In this document: piece after piece, positions 12,728 to 25,500 of the stretch
How the letters are laid out: each line of letters opens with the position of its first letter
How positions within the stretch are numbered: position 1 is the stretch's first letter
Source of the DNA: Takakia lepidozioides
Lineage: Eukaryota > Plantae > Bryophyta
Length of the DNA: 64,000 nucleotides
Reading direction: 5' to 3'
Assembly: GCA_030704615.1 (NCBI GenBank)
Contig: CM060732.1
Span: 41,168,001 to 41,232,000 of the forward strand
The notes under the pieces: model-generated
What the model was told of the DNA's origin: nothing
What the model saw: the letters and a program-made list of their open reading frames with translations, nothing else
Databases searched by the model: none
Program-made: the position numbers and the translations under genes

Positions 12728-14533
12728 TTATGAAATGATGCTGCAACGTGTATCAGAATGATCATACAGAATAGTGTAATTCTTGGTGCTCAGAGATCGT
12801 GTGTAGCACCCTGCTGTACTATCATAAAAGTACTCCTGTTTGCTTTGCCCCTCCCCACTGATTGTGTTATTGGGAGTGATAAAGAGATCACCTTTCGACT
12901 TTTGCTTATTTTTAAGTGAGTTGAAAGAGCTCCTCCCGGGGCCAAGGGTGGCCTGTGATTGAACATCTTGGAGCCAGGCATGTTCCAAGCTGGAAGTTAT
13001 GTAGTCAGAACCGTTCAGTTGAGGGATTTGGGTAACTAGCAGCTGCAACGGGAAAGTGCAAACGCTATGCTCGTAAGCCATGTCCTCTAAGGGAGTGTTC
13101 ACAACCACTTTGCTATCAGTTTTGATCTCCTGATGAATGACGTTGGAAGTTGAAGCAGCACTAATCACTAATGAATTGGAAAACTTCAATTTGTAGGAGG
13201 CTGATGTGGTCAGATTCCCAAAGGAGGACTCCACATAGCCCTTATAAGCTATTGTACGGGAGGCCTTCGTGATAAAAGACCCATCAAGGTCACTGTAATT
13301 CGACACCAGAGATGATTTCGTCATTTGAACATACTCAAAGAGCTCCCCTTTGGTGAACTCCATATATTTGTCAACCCACAGATGTAAATTTGCCCCCAAA
13401 AGCCAATAACTCTGGGCGTTTGTCACTGTCATGCTGAAGTTGTGCTTCTCTCCATCAACCAGTTTTCCAATGAAGGGAGTCACATCAACATCATAACTCG
13501 GGAGATTCAGTGATCCGATTGCAGCAGCTGGGCGCCAGAGAAAGGGGTCAATTCCCCCTGTATAAAGAATTGGAAAGGGGAAGACTGCACCAGCCAGCAC
13601 CCCATCAATGGACACTAACACTTCCCTGAATGTTCCATTCCCAGGAACTCCTGTCAAATTGTTGGCTTTGAGGTAGGCATCTGGCGGGTTTGTGTACCAA
13701 AACTCGTCCTTCTCATGAGCTGAGACAGAGATTTCAAGGATCGCTTTGTATGCATTTGTAGGAAGTTGCAAGGTGATGGATTGGGCATCTGACTCATTCT
13801 GTAGCTGGAACCAGTAGCCGCCCTGGAGAGGGGAGGGCAGAGAGATGGGGAGGATCACATCTGCATGCCCACCATAGTTCTCTGGTATTGAATCCTGCTT
13901 CCCCCCATGGTAAAAATTCACTGTAATGGTAATATTATATACTCCAGTATAGGTTTTATCCACCACATTGGCCAGAGAAACAACAAGAGATTGAGACTCC
14001 TTGAAGAGAGAGGTGTACCGGGTAATATCCTTCTCCACCTCCCAGACCACACCTATCTCGGTTGGTTCCACTGTACATGTGCGAAAAATCTCAACCCCAC
14101 CCAACCAGACTGCAGCAATCCGATCAAACTGGCGGCCCCTGCTGGTCCCATGCCAAACCAACACCACCTTGTCCCAGTCTCCATTGCAGTTTCTGGCTGG
14201 GTGGTAGTCTGCCACAACAGGTGGCAGGTTGACAGTGTTGGCAAATGTGTGCTGGAGAAGGAGAATGGAGCAAGCCTTGGTACTCCCTGGTAGGATTTGG
14301 ATGGGCTCCGAAACTTCAAAGTTTTCTTGTGCCTCTGTGTCCCTTCTCTCTTTGAGAGAGTGCTGCCGGAAGTTTTCTTTCATGTGAATTATGTTGCGGG
14401 GTTTGGTAGGCCTCAAACCTGCTTCTTCACAGACTGAGGACTCCGCAAATGTCAAAACAAGCAACAGATGAGGGATGATGCATCGCAAGTTCTTGTAACT
14501 TCCACCGGAGCACCTCCCTGGTGGACACGACAT
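12728..14533 (-). CDS. Peptide-N4-(N-acetyl-beta-glucosaminyl)asparagine amidase A (PNGase A), intronless CDS
   Basis: Long ORF with PNGase A motifs GRQFDRIAAVWLGGVEIFRTCTVEP, DEFWYTNPPD, GNGTFREVLVSIDG and PILYTGGIDPFLWRP. ATG 14533 precedes a hydrophobic signal-like stretch; the start is inferred. Confidence 0.92.
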   Translation of the reverse strand: MSCPPGRCSGGSYKNLRCIIPHLLLVLTFAESSVCEEAGLRPTKPRNIIHMKENFRQHSLKERRDTEAQENFEVSEPIQILPGSTKACSILLLQHTFANTVNLPPVVADYHPARNCNGDWDKVVLVWHGTSRGRQFDRIAAVWLGGVEIFRTCTVEPTEIGVVWEVEKDITRYTSLFKESQSLVVSLANVVDKTYTGVYNITITVNFYHGGKQDSIPENYGGHADVILPISLPSPLQGGYWFQLQNESDAQSITLQLPTNAYKAILEISVSAHEKDEFWYTNPPDAYLKANNLTGVPGNGTFREVLVSIDGVLAGAVFPFPILYTGGIDPFLWRPAAAIGSLNLPSYDVDVTPFIGKLVDGEKHNFSMTVTNAQSYWLLGANLHLWVDKYMEFTKGELFEYVQMTKSSLVSNYSDLDGSFITKASRTIAYKGYVESSFGNLTTSASYKLKFSNSLVISAASTSNVIHQEIKTDSKVVVNTPLEDMAYEHSVCTFPLQLLVTQIPQLNGSDYITSSLEHAWLQDVQSQATLGPGRSSFNSLKNKQKSKGDLFITPNNTISGEGQSKQEYFYDSTAGCYTRSLSTKNYTILYDHSDTRCSIIS

Positions 14534-16474
14534 GGTGCTGGCAGTTACTTGTACTCCAGTCTGATAGAATACAATGCATTCAACCCTCCAGTGAACCCAG
14601 CTGCTGTCTAGAATATTGCCTCTGCAAGTAACTGCATGCAGCCACAAAGAAGGTCAATTTCATGGTACAGACAAGCAAACCAGAGTCCTGAACATTTTGG
14701 GTTCCAGAAGAGAATCACAGCTCAAGTGAAATGGAATCCCTTCACTCACCACGGGGAAGGAAAACAGCAAGAAAGGAGCGATCTACAAGAGGGTGTCTAC
14801 TTGCACAAATCAGGAACCTGCACCATGAGAGGTCAGACAGTTTCCAGGATGATGTTCATTTCTCACTCATGGGCCAGCATCGGGAGTTTGGATCCTCTCA
14901 ATATTCGGGTTTCCCACAGACAGTCAAGAGGCCTGTTTACATTACTGTCTGACAAGGGAAGCCAAAGACACGGTTTCATTGAAAGGGGCTGCACTGGTGG
15001 CTGAGGCCTAGTGTGCACCCTCTCTGGTCTGTATGTCTGTTCGAGCTCCATAAGCACAGGGGTGGCAGTTATTGAGATCCCCAACCACAGGGTCTAATGT
15101 GTGGTGGCAAGGCACCGGTATTGTGTAAAGTCGAATTATTCAATTGCAATGCACCTGATTCTAGAGAGATATCGGTGTCGGTAGCGAGAAACTTGTTGGT
15201 AGAGAGACGTAGGACAAGGAACTCGGGAGTAGAGACCCTTTCGTACACGGAGTCCTACGGAACGCAGATTGGTTGCGCTCCAAATCGAAGGTCACCCATA
15301 GACGAGATGGGTGTCATCAACTCAGAAAATGAAGACCTCTCGATATGTAGCTGATAACATGCCCCCTCCCTCCTTTCTCTCTCTCCCTCCTTTCTCTAAC
15401 ATTGATAGAGCCTTCTTCTGTCTTTCCTCTCCTGTTGCCCTGATGCTCTCACGGTCCAGGCAGGTTTGGCTTTGGCGATATACTCCACAGAGCCTCGAAC
15501 AAATAACCCTCTCTTTTACACGTCGTTTAAGACTGTTGCGACCCATTTTCCATGCACAGTAAATCTGTCTCTCTCTCTATCTCTCTCTCTCTTTCGACAA
15601 GAAAGAAGGCTCCGACAGGAACAATCTAAGAATCATTCTGTCTCTCAAAAGCAGATTTTAATCTAAATTTAGGGAGGCCATGCATGGGCACAAGGTTGAA
15701 TGGCCAACACACAGGTGTCTTGAGTCTGGCGTGCGGTACTTACAAGAGGTAAAGAGAGCAACGCCATTGATATGTGGGTCTGTTCAACTGCATGTTTGAC
15801 TTCCCTTCGCCCGCAGCACCTTCCCAAAACTTTTAGTCACCGTTCCGCCCTCCACCTCTCCCACGAGGCTGTCTAGGAGGCTAGATCTCTTTACAAAATG
15901 TCTCCCCATCCAGGACTCCCGTTGTCTGCACCTAATCTGCAGCAACACTGATAGTACAAAAAGTTCCGGCTTTCGCCGCTGCGACTGGAAAATAAGGAAT
16001 CTTTCACTGAGTTCCACTAGACATCTCAACTCCTGGTAGCCGCTAATAATTTTCGACTCTCAATGCAGTCGCAGTACGTGAGGAGTCACCATCTAGCCCA
16101 ATTCTCAATAGAGGCCAGACGAACTGCTGGATTGAAAGCTCTACCACAGAGAGAATCTGACGCCACCATGATTGTATTCTAAGAGCTGTGCTACGTACAT
16201 GAGGAATCTATTGTAGCTACTGCAGGAAATCACAGTGGAGTGATGAGCGCAGAGTTGATGAGCGCAGAGACACTCATGACATTCGAAATTTTCTGCGTGC
16301 AAGTTGATACAACCGGGACACAAGCTTTCAGCCAACAGGCAGGGTGGATACATCACCAACATCTCTCAAACTTTCTCCTTTATTCACACGCTCTTTCGCT
16401 CTCTCTGTCTCTGTCTCTCTCCCTCTCTCTCTTTCTCTCCTCCGTCCTGCGATCCAGTCTCTTCCACTCTTAAA

Positions 16475-17760
16475 TGTCTGGTGAAGTACCATAAATGCGT
16501 ATGAGGAGTTACGAGCTTCTATTTCGGGCTTCCTTTACAAGGCCATCCTCTTTACTTTCCCTGCCACTTTATACTCTCCTGGCAGAAGTAGTAAAGGCAT
16601 CAGATCAGCTCAGATCCACTTCTACCCTTTGACTCTCATCATCATCTCCCCCATATAAACAAACCCCAACAACCTCCAAACTCCGGGACTCCCTCCCTCC
16701 CTCCTCTCCCTCCCTCCCTCCAGCATGCATGTATCAGAAATCTTTTTTGGGCAGTAGTCCACAACACATTTCTCTGCCTGACGTGAAAACTTTCCCTCAA
16801 TCTTTTTCCTCAATCCTTCAGTGCCAATCATCAAAGCATGCATTCTCCACACCCAAATTTATCAATACCAAAACACATTCTCTGAACTTAAGAACTTAGA
16901 AGTCTTAGAAGTCCTCTCTTCAATCATCAGTCTCTCTTTTCTCCCCAATAGTACTTATTACTACCAGTAAAAACTAGAAACTAAAGACGCCCAGAGTACC
17001 AACTTAGTAAGATACTCCTACAAGTAGGGTGCCAGCCATCACGGGCCGGGCGGGACCACACGTGCGGAGCAGTCGTCAATGCGAACACGTGATATCCCTA
17101 CCCGGCCCGCTTTTCGAGTCCGTGAGCACTCATTTTTGGATGACGGAGATGGATGGATGAAGACGTGCCGACGCGCACCTTCTCTCGCACGACGGATGAA
17201 CAGAACCAGGATGGCACTACAGCTGGATGGCACACGGATGAATGACGATGCAAGCAAAAGCGCGGAGGAAAAAGGTGTGGTCGTGAGTCGTAAGGAGGGG
17301 TATAAACGAGGGCCTGGGTAAGCGAGCCATTCACTAATACAAGTCAAACAATAATCCCATAATCTTTGCACCGATCTCCCCGCAATTACTGTATATAAAG
17401 AGGCTGCGGCGTCCCAGTGACCAGACAAATCATGTATGTAACTGGCGCGACTCAGTCAGCCAACCGACGGCATCGTCCATCCTTCCATCCACCCATCCAC
17501 CACAGATCCGGCTATACATCCGGCGTGTCTCTATGGCACACCGCATCCGTCCACAACCGTGCATCCAGAATTATTCATCCATGAGACTTTCATCCAGGTG
17601 AGGACTTTGACCGGATCTGGTTAGTGGGTTGGTTAGTGATAAGTTAAGGGAAAAGTCGGTCAGCGGTGTGTACAAGTGATTAAGTAAAGAGTACTAAGTA
17701 AGGGATGGCTTAATGATTAGTGAGCTTACAGTCACTAACGGTCTGACTTAGTGAGATCAT
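16475..17760. repeat. Possible solo-LTR-like repeat
   Basis: Non-coding, with ccatcc/ggatg iterations and a ttagt-rich end resembling the 4.5-5.1 kb LTR-like tract. Termini and TSD not resolved. Confidence 0.25.
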
Positions 17761-18465
17761 GCGGATCCCTCACTGCCCTTTGGCTTTTACCTTGTTTTTT
17801 CCTGCTTGGTTTTTCTGTCAATCTGCTCTTCCTGTTTTTTTTTTCTAGCCTTTGGAGACGGGCAGTCTGCAGACTGACATGTTTGACATGTTTTATTTTT
17901 TTCTATTCTACCTTCATCATTCCATCACGTGCACAGTATGGGTGAGTCAATTTCATCAGGAAGGAAAAATCATAGAAAAAACAATGCTACAGAGAGTGAC
18001 CTGTTTTGCTTTCATCAGATGAGCCCTTCTTAATGAGGGCAACAGGGTACATAGATTGGCGTGGCTGGACATCTCTACAGTTCCCTAGACCAACACTAAC
18101 TCCCTCTTTGCATGGAGTGTCTTGTGGCCACGGTAGTAGTTTCTTCTCTCTCTCTCTCTTTCAGCACTTGCAGAAACGGTTGCTCAAAGACAGGATAATC
18201 ATTGCCTCAAAAATTCCGACTAAATGTTCAAATTCTGATCAGAAGCTGCATTTCAGATTCCTCCAGTTCACACTCATCTCTAAGATACACGCAAAAACCA
18301 AACTAACGAAAAGAAGCTAAAAATATGTATGCTTCAACCAGCAGGTTTGGTGTGTAAAGGGAATATGTTTCGAACTTTCTCTGTTTATCTCTCTCTCTGA
18401 CAAAAGGCCACCATAGCTGCAGCACCATCTCTGACAGAAGACCAGTCGAAGTAGCTCAAGAGACC

Positions 18466-21159
18466 CTACACTGTGTACCGACTCTTGGCTGCCTTCTCTT
18501 GTCTCTTTGCGTCCTCCTAGGAAAAACACAACAAAAGAAATGTCAGGTCCTGGAATATAGCAGGTCTTAACCTCCCTCTCTCTCACTCTCTCTGGCCCCA
18601 AGGCTACTTCTAACAGTCTTATGAGTACATCTGTAGGCTGAGCAAGCCCATACAGGGGATGAAGGCACTCAAAAGACTGCACTGGTGGCATGCTGTAGGA
18701 GGTTACTTCTTCAAACTGGTGTGGGAAGTCTGAATTCAACCCCCCCAATACGTCATCTCTCCTCTCTGATCTAAGAGGTGTAAGATTCAAAAGTACAGTC
18801 CTGATACATAAAAAGTGGCAAATCCCACAGAAAGAACAGCGCTTACATGGAAAAAATAGCCAAGCTTATCATGATAGTCCAACACATCCTTCCATTGCCT
18901 CCCGATGCTTATCTGCACCCTCATACCAGGTTAACAAGACCAACCCTTACCTTGCCCAACCTATCTTTTTCTCCCTTCCCCCTCCATTTTTTAGGGGTTT
19001 ATGGCCAAAGACTATTCCCTGTGTCAATCTAAGTCAAATACATACATACAAGCCAGGGATGTGGGTCAGCCAAAGCCTGTGGCAAGCAGTGTCTAATAAG
19101 TACATAATCTCAGATGCTATTTCCACCATTTCCACTAAACATTTGAGCAGGAACATAGCCAAATAGAACAACAATTAGAAACCAAAGACAGGGATTAAAA
19201 GTTACTATGTACCTGAGCAGCTTCATTTGATGCAGTCTTTGTCCAGATGGCAACCTTGTCCTGTGTCCGCCGGACACTCACCACTGCCCCACAGATCTCA
19301 TCACCTTCATCAAACTGCTCCCCGATCATTGCCAAGAGCTGCAGCCACAATTTAAACAGAATGTGATGAACAAATACATAAGAGACTGCAGTTTTGGGAT
19401 GGTTAATCATGGTTGTCCAAGAACCCTTAGTAGGGAGCAAATAATAAGGAAAAGAGAAAGGAAAAGAGGTGGGTAATAGAGAAGACGCTGTGACCTGCAT
19501 GATTTAATTTACTCTTCCTTACTATGTCTCGGCAAACAGGTTGGTGATGAGTTATTATCTTCAGTATCATGTCAAGGACCTTTAATCCACAATTCAGATC
19601 CTCCAAATTGAAGAAGACACCAGCCAGTCATCCTGTTCTAGCCAAATGTACTCACAGTAATGCTTACAGCAGTTTCATTTGCTGCCAACCCTGATTCATT
19701 TAGAGATTTCAGATTTCTGAATGACCCCCCCACACCCTGAATTATGTAGTCAGGGGACCAAGTGCACTACATTCCCTCCCAAACCCACTATAAAAACAGT
19801 CAACCAATTGCAAATCTTCTTTATATCTAAAGATTCAGGCTAGTATCTGATAGGGTCATCTCATGGAATTCAACATATCATACCTCCCATGGTGCCAATG
19901 ACAGACTCCTACAACTTCAAAGCTAAGTAGGTGGGCTGCTACTTGATAACTATGAAATCTGCATCTGCATCTCAATACAAGAAGGGGAAGGCAAACCTAC
20001 AGTGTGAAGCCAGAAAGTGTCAAGGGCACTCTTGCCACCACGAGCATTCGCAGTCCACTTGCCACCATTTGCACACTTGGGATCCTCCCACTTGGGTTCA
20101 ATCCCAACCTTGAAACAGTGAAAATCCGTGCCTACACTCAGCTTGCTGGGTTGCATCACATTGTTGTACAGGCTGCATCCAAATAGCAGACATATAATAA
20201 CTCAGTTCCTTAATTCACATTCATTTAGATTATGACTTCAATTGGCAGCCATTGATCACTGAGACAGGAAATAAGATTCAATATAAAGTCTCCTCAAAGC
20301 ACCTACATCTGACATGATCTCCTCCCAACTGTGCAACAAAACTCACTGAATAAAATATAGGAAAAGAGGGAGTGAAGAATGCACTCATCGATTGGGAACC
20401 CCAGGAATGGCCAAGGAAGAACCATGCGTGTGTCAGTTAGTGGGTTCTACATCCAACAGATCTGTCCAAAGCCAGGAAGAGAGAAACTGGCCATGAACAT
20501 TCCCTGCATATTATTGATATGCAAAGATAATACAGCAGGCCCTCCGCACAGACATTCTAGTATCCAGTTCACTATTTCCATAATCGTTTTTCATAATTTG
20601 TGGAGGTAATCTCCAAACGTAAGAGAATTTTGTTTGACCATTTGAGACAAATTAGCGGCAAATAATTCGACATTCTGGTCAGTCGAGCACGTGTACAGAA
20701 GAACCCTGAGAATGTTGTCATCACCGAGGGACGGCAATCCAGACGTAGAGAGAAACGGTTACGATAACCAAAATACTGAGGATCCGTTCGCTGTCAGCAT
20801 TGGGTGTGGTGTACACCAAATAGCAATTCCCTCGGGATACTAGACTGCCACAACACACACACTCCCAAAGCGAGAGAGAGCGAGAGAATGTGTGTATACC
20901 ACCAAAACTCTTCGACCGTCGAGAATGTGTAAACGGCGCGAAGAGAACTTCCCCAGGTCGCCTGCTTCTGCTTGCCATTCGGGTTATCAAACCAAAAAGT
21001 CCACGAATGTTCCAGCGGGTGCTGCGTCATCACGTCCCCCGCACTCTCCACTTTCCGTTGCGGCGACACAATCTCTCCATCCTCCATGCCCTCCACCCTC
21101 GCGTCTACCTCAGACCCAGAAAACCCCGAAGCAAGTGTAGCATTCTCAACTTCTGCCAT
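18466..21159 (-). CDS. eIF4E: Eukaryotic translation initiation factor 4E (class I cap-binding protein), 224 aa, 5 exons
   Basis: Exons 21159-20900, 20172-20001, 19338-19213, 18912-18847 and 18516-18466 (675 nt). Motifs [56 protein letters not shown] and EDAKR...SRYTV*. Confidence 0.96.
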
Positions 21160-22555
21160 CTCTGTCTCTCTCATGCACACACAAGAAACAATCTCTCCAA
21201 CTCCCTCTCTCTCTCTCTCGCACGATCGCTCTCTCTCGCTGGCAAGAAGACTTGGTTCCAAGAGTGGCAGGCAATTTGTAGTCAATTTGCAAGCCGATCA
21301 GATCCTCAACTTGAAATTTGAAAACCTATCCCTCTCTCTCTCCCTTCGTCTTGTCACTGTCCCACGAACGGGAAGAAGCCCCAACCCAACCGTGGTTAGT
21401 GCAGGTTAGGTTGGGTTGGCTTAAGTTAGGTCACGTCACTCTCAAACCCACGTGTCACAGTTCTACATCCAATTTTCATTAGTTTTCGAACGAACAATTG
21501 TTTTCATGTTATTTATTTGTTTCATGTTATTATTTATTTATTTTCATTGTTATTATTTATTCAATTGTTTTCATGTTATTTGTCTTTTTTAAATGAACTG
21601 CTGCAGTTCAGTGTGTTTTTTTTTTTTTTAGGTGAACAGGATGTTTTTATTTCTGGCGAAATTTCTCACTTTTTCGACTTCCAGAAAAACAGGTTTCGTT
21701 TAAAAAAACAAGAACAAAAACAAAACAATCGAATATTATGTCGTAAACTCGTAAATCCCTATTTTCTCATGGATGAAATCGCCAAAATTCTCCAAAACAA
21801 ATATATATCGTGGATGAATTCGCCTTATATGGATGATATACATGGATGCAAGTACGGAGGAGGATGATTCTGTCCAAATTTCAGTAGATGAACAGAAAAT
21901 ATGGCTATTTCCTGCACAACTCAGTAGCCACTCATGTTATTTTCCAAATTTGAAAACAAAAACACTTACTGTTCGGTCATTTCGTTATTTCACCTTTTTT
22001 GTTTTTTGGTTCTTATTAAACTCCGATTTCTTCCCTGTAATTAGTGATTACGCCTTTAAGTGACGAACGTGCCTGGTCATCCTCATGGATGAAGGTCCCG
22101 ACAATGGACGGATGAGGATATTAGTATACACTAGAGCACAGAGCTCGGTTGCAAAGAGGAGGCGGCTGTGAGTAAGTTGTGCAGGCAGAGCTTGGCAGTC
22201 TGTGAGGCTTTGAAACCTCAAGACTAGAATCCCACATGATTCTTTCTTCTTGTGGGCAAGAGCAACATTCGAGGCAGATGACGGCCGGCGGAACTCAAAC
22301 ATACTTTGAACAAAAATGTGGTGTTCCACAGACATTTATTTACACCACATGAGGGCGCTGACGAGGTCCGCCCCTTCCTAGAACTAGACCTGCAGAAGAA
22401 ACTGGCCGGGGTAACACCTCTAAAACTGTGGGGGCGGATAATTGTGTTGCTAACAAACTCTGAAGTGAAGTGATTGTCCATGTTCAATGCAAAAAAATGC
22501 CTTCCATCTGAGTTGAGGCAAACGCTAGCACTTTGTCAGACATATTTACTTCGTA

Positions 22556-25500
22556 TCATATGGAGAGGCGGGACATTGCATCACCAAGGTTGCCCATATC
22601 CCACATAACAATTTTGCCATCCATCCCTGCATGGACAACAACATCCTCAGGCTGTGTGTGTGCTGGACCTTTCAGTGTACTCAATCGACTTCCTTCCATA
22701 GCTTGCAGCTATAGAGAACAAGGCCTGTTTGACCAAAGCAGAATGATGATATTTATAGACAAGGTGGTATAAGCAGCAGACATTGGTTCATGCTTTTTGT
22801 GCTCCCAGAACTTGCAAAAAACAAGAGTACCCCAAAGAAGTATTTGAATACCTGATGTGCTGAAGCGTGTCACAGTCTTCCCTTGCATCTTCTCTGCCAG
22901 TGGTACTAGCGGAGCAATAGTTCTGCACCAATTCAACCAACTTGTCACAAGAAACCCGACTTTGCAGTCATTTCCAAATCAGTTTGTGCTTGTCCAATGA
23001 TTTAGATGGATCCATCTTCCAAGCCCTACCTATGATAAGTTTCTGACAAAAAGTACGGTGAAGTGTCAAAAAGAGAGACTCCATGTGCAAGGAGACTTCA
23101 AGCCACCTACAGGATGCAGTTGTCATGAAGGGTGGCAGGGGCATTCGATGGCTCATCAGCCTCGCTCCTCAGCCACTTGAACTTGCCCTTGGCTGCTGCA
23201 AACTGCACCCGGTTTCAAAAAAGTCTCATAAAATACAAATTCATTTTATGAACACAAATTCCAGATGAGAACACATGCATGTATACTGAGATAGAGCAGC
23301 AAACAACAAAACAGCCTTCAAGGGGATCACAGACGAGAAGATAGAACGACAGAGATCTGATTCGATCTGTTTCATCTGGTTCCCAGGGACCCTCCTCTGG
23401 GCCTTCCACAAAATTTCTTCAACCTCTTTGTCTCAGTGGATCTAAAGTTGGGTGATTTGTCATCACATTGACGCCCTGACTCTGCTAAGCACTTCAGGTC
23501 TAAAAGGACGTGAGTATCTCTAATAGTGATGTACTCATAAGACTTCGTTTGCCGTAGCCGTGTGGCCTTAGTGTATCTCTAGTAGTAACAGAAGCAAAAA
23601 AGAGAAAAGAGAGCTTGAGGTACATACAGCTAGACCTGCAAGATTATCTGCTTTGGGATTTTCACTTGAAGATTTTTCCTCATCCAGAAGTGTGACGAAT
23701 TCCCTAGAGCCAAGCCATCCACCAAATGATAAGTAAACAGGCCATTAACAAATCTCCAATGTCAACAATTTGCAGCTTCTTTGCCTGCACATACTGAACC
23801 TCTTGGACAATGTTAAAAGAGTAAACCCTTTAAGGCCACATTTGCGTCTAGTGCAGTCAGGAGCCTAACCCACTTCATTATCATCCAATTGCACTTAACA
23901 AAGCAATGGCAAAATCAGAAAGTAAATCTACTTTTAAGTGAACCCATGATAGGGCAGAAGTGGCAGACAGTAGATGATTGCATACCAGACCCCATTTTTG
24001 TCCATCTCAAAAAGCATTGGGTTACGGTCAAAGCCTCCAGCCACCAGCCGTGTATCTGATAGAAATAGAACCTGCACCCCCACATCATCAGTCTGTGCTA
24101 AAATGGAGTGCTCATAGATTTGGACTCGGGTTGTGGACCAGAGTAGGCTCACATAGAGACATTGTACTCATAAGACGTTGTTTGCCGTAGCCTTGTGGCC
24201 ATTGACCCCGCGCCCAGTTTGAGTGGGAACAAAAGGGACAGAACCTACCTCTGTCAGGGGCTGACGTTGGTAGTAAGACTTACCTTCATATGAAGAATTA
24301 ATCCAGGTTTTCCAGATATACTCTAGAAATCCCTTCACACAAGCATCAATCTGCTGTGTGTGATTTGCCCAAAAACTAGGCCTCAGGAGGGCCTGGGCTT
24401 TTGGCTCAGCCTCGAGACTTTCAAAGTTGGTAAACAGGGGTACAGGCACAATTCCCTTGATAGAATTGAAGAGAGCGTCTCTTTGGTGAGAGAACCCCGG
24501 ACAGTGTATCAGAAAATGAATACTGTCTTCAGATTGCCCACACAACGGGCAATTGCACTCTCCCTTTCCTCTCTGCTTCTGTTTGCTGTTCAAAGGTAGG
24601 CTTCCTGCCCTGAGTTTAAATTTCAGTCTAGTGCCGAGAGTGGGTAGACCCTTGAGGTCATCCAAGATGTCCTCCCCCATGTCACTGACTGGAAACAAGT
24701 TCAGGGAAGTTTTCTGCCAAACTTCATTTTCATCAGACAATCTCATGGCAACAGACATGGCTTCGGACACTACAGCCTCTAAGTCAGATTTATCCAGCAG
24801 GGTCAAGACTTGCAGATCCAGGTCCAGGTCAGAGAGAGAGAGAAACAATCTTATAACATCCACAGGGGGCACCTAGGGTCCATGGGATAAAATAGGAAAA
24901 ACAAAAGACCACTTCGGGAAACATCAGAGAAAGACCAAAGACAATGCAGGTAAGGAAGGAAAGAAACTTCATGATGTCCCCAGGAGACCCCAACTTTGCA
25001 TGGGACGAAGTGAAACAAGAATCCCACATCAAAATACACCCAAGTTGCAATGCCTCATGCCAAAAGTGCTCAGAGAAAAAGGGAGACCGCGGACATCATG
25101 ACCAGACAAATGTCAACTGTGATCAAATGAAGGATGCAAAGGGTGGGGACAGGCTGACCTACATCACGCAGGGGCAGATGGCGCAGGCTCAGGGAATGTG
25201 CACGAGGGGTAGGCCCAACATCTGATACAAAGTGGATGGTTGAATCATGCCCTTTACCCGTTCCATGCCCATTTACACCATGCCACACAAAAGTATAAGC
25301 TCATTTCTGATACTCCTTGGACGTACAGACACTACAACCAAGATTTTATCTAAGTGATTCTTGCTTGGAGTCCACTACTTAGCCATATTCCTGGCTAAAT
25401 AAAGCGTGTGGAGGTAAACAGACAACTAAGTGTTTCAAATTTTGCCAGTGTCCAATCTAGTAGGTGCTCATGGCATTCCTTTAATCATCAAAGGCAGAGA

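Noticed and set aside
14534-14647. N-terminal extension of the PNGase A ORF
   Set aside because: Non-ATG start and a plausible splice acceptor near 14561; likely 5' UTR or intron.
15780-16230. Exon-like blocks as missing eIF4E exons
   Set aside because: The true exons 4 and 5 were found at 18912-18847 and 18516-18466; these blocks could not be assigned.
21425-22075. MITE between eIF4E and ARPC1
   Set aside because: Only weak terminal similarity and no TSD; insufficient support.
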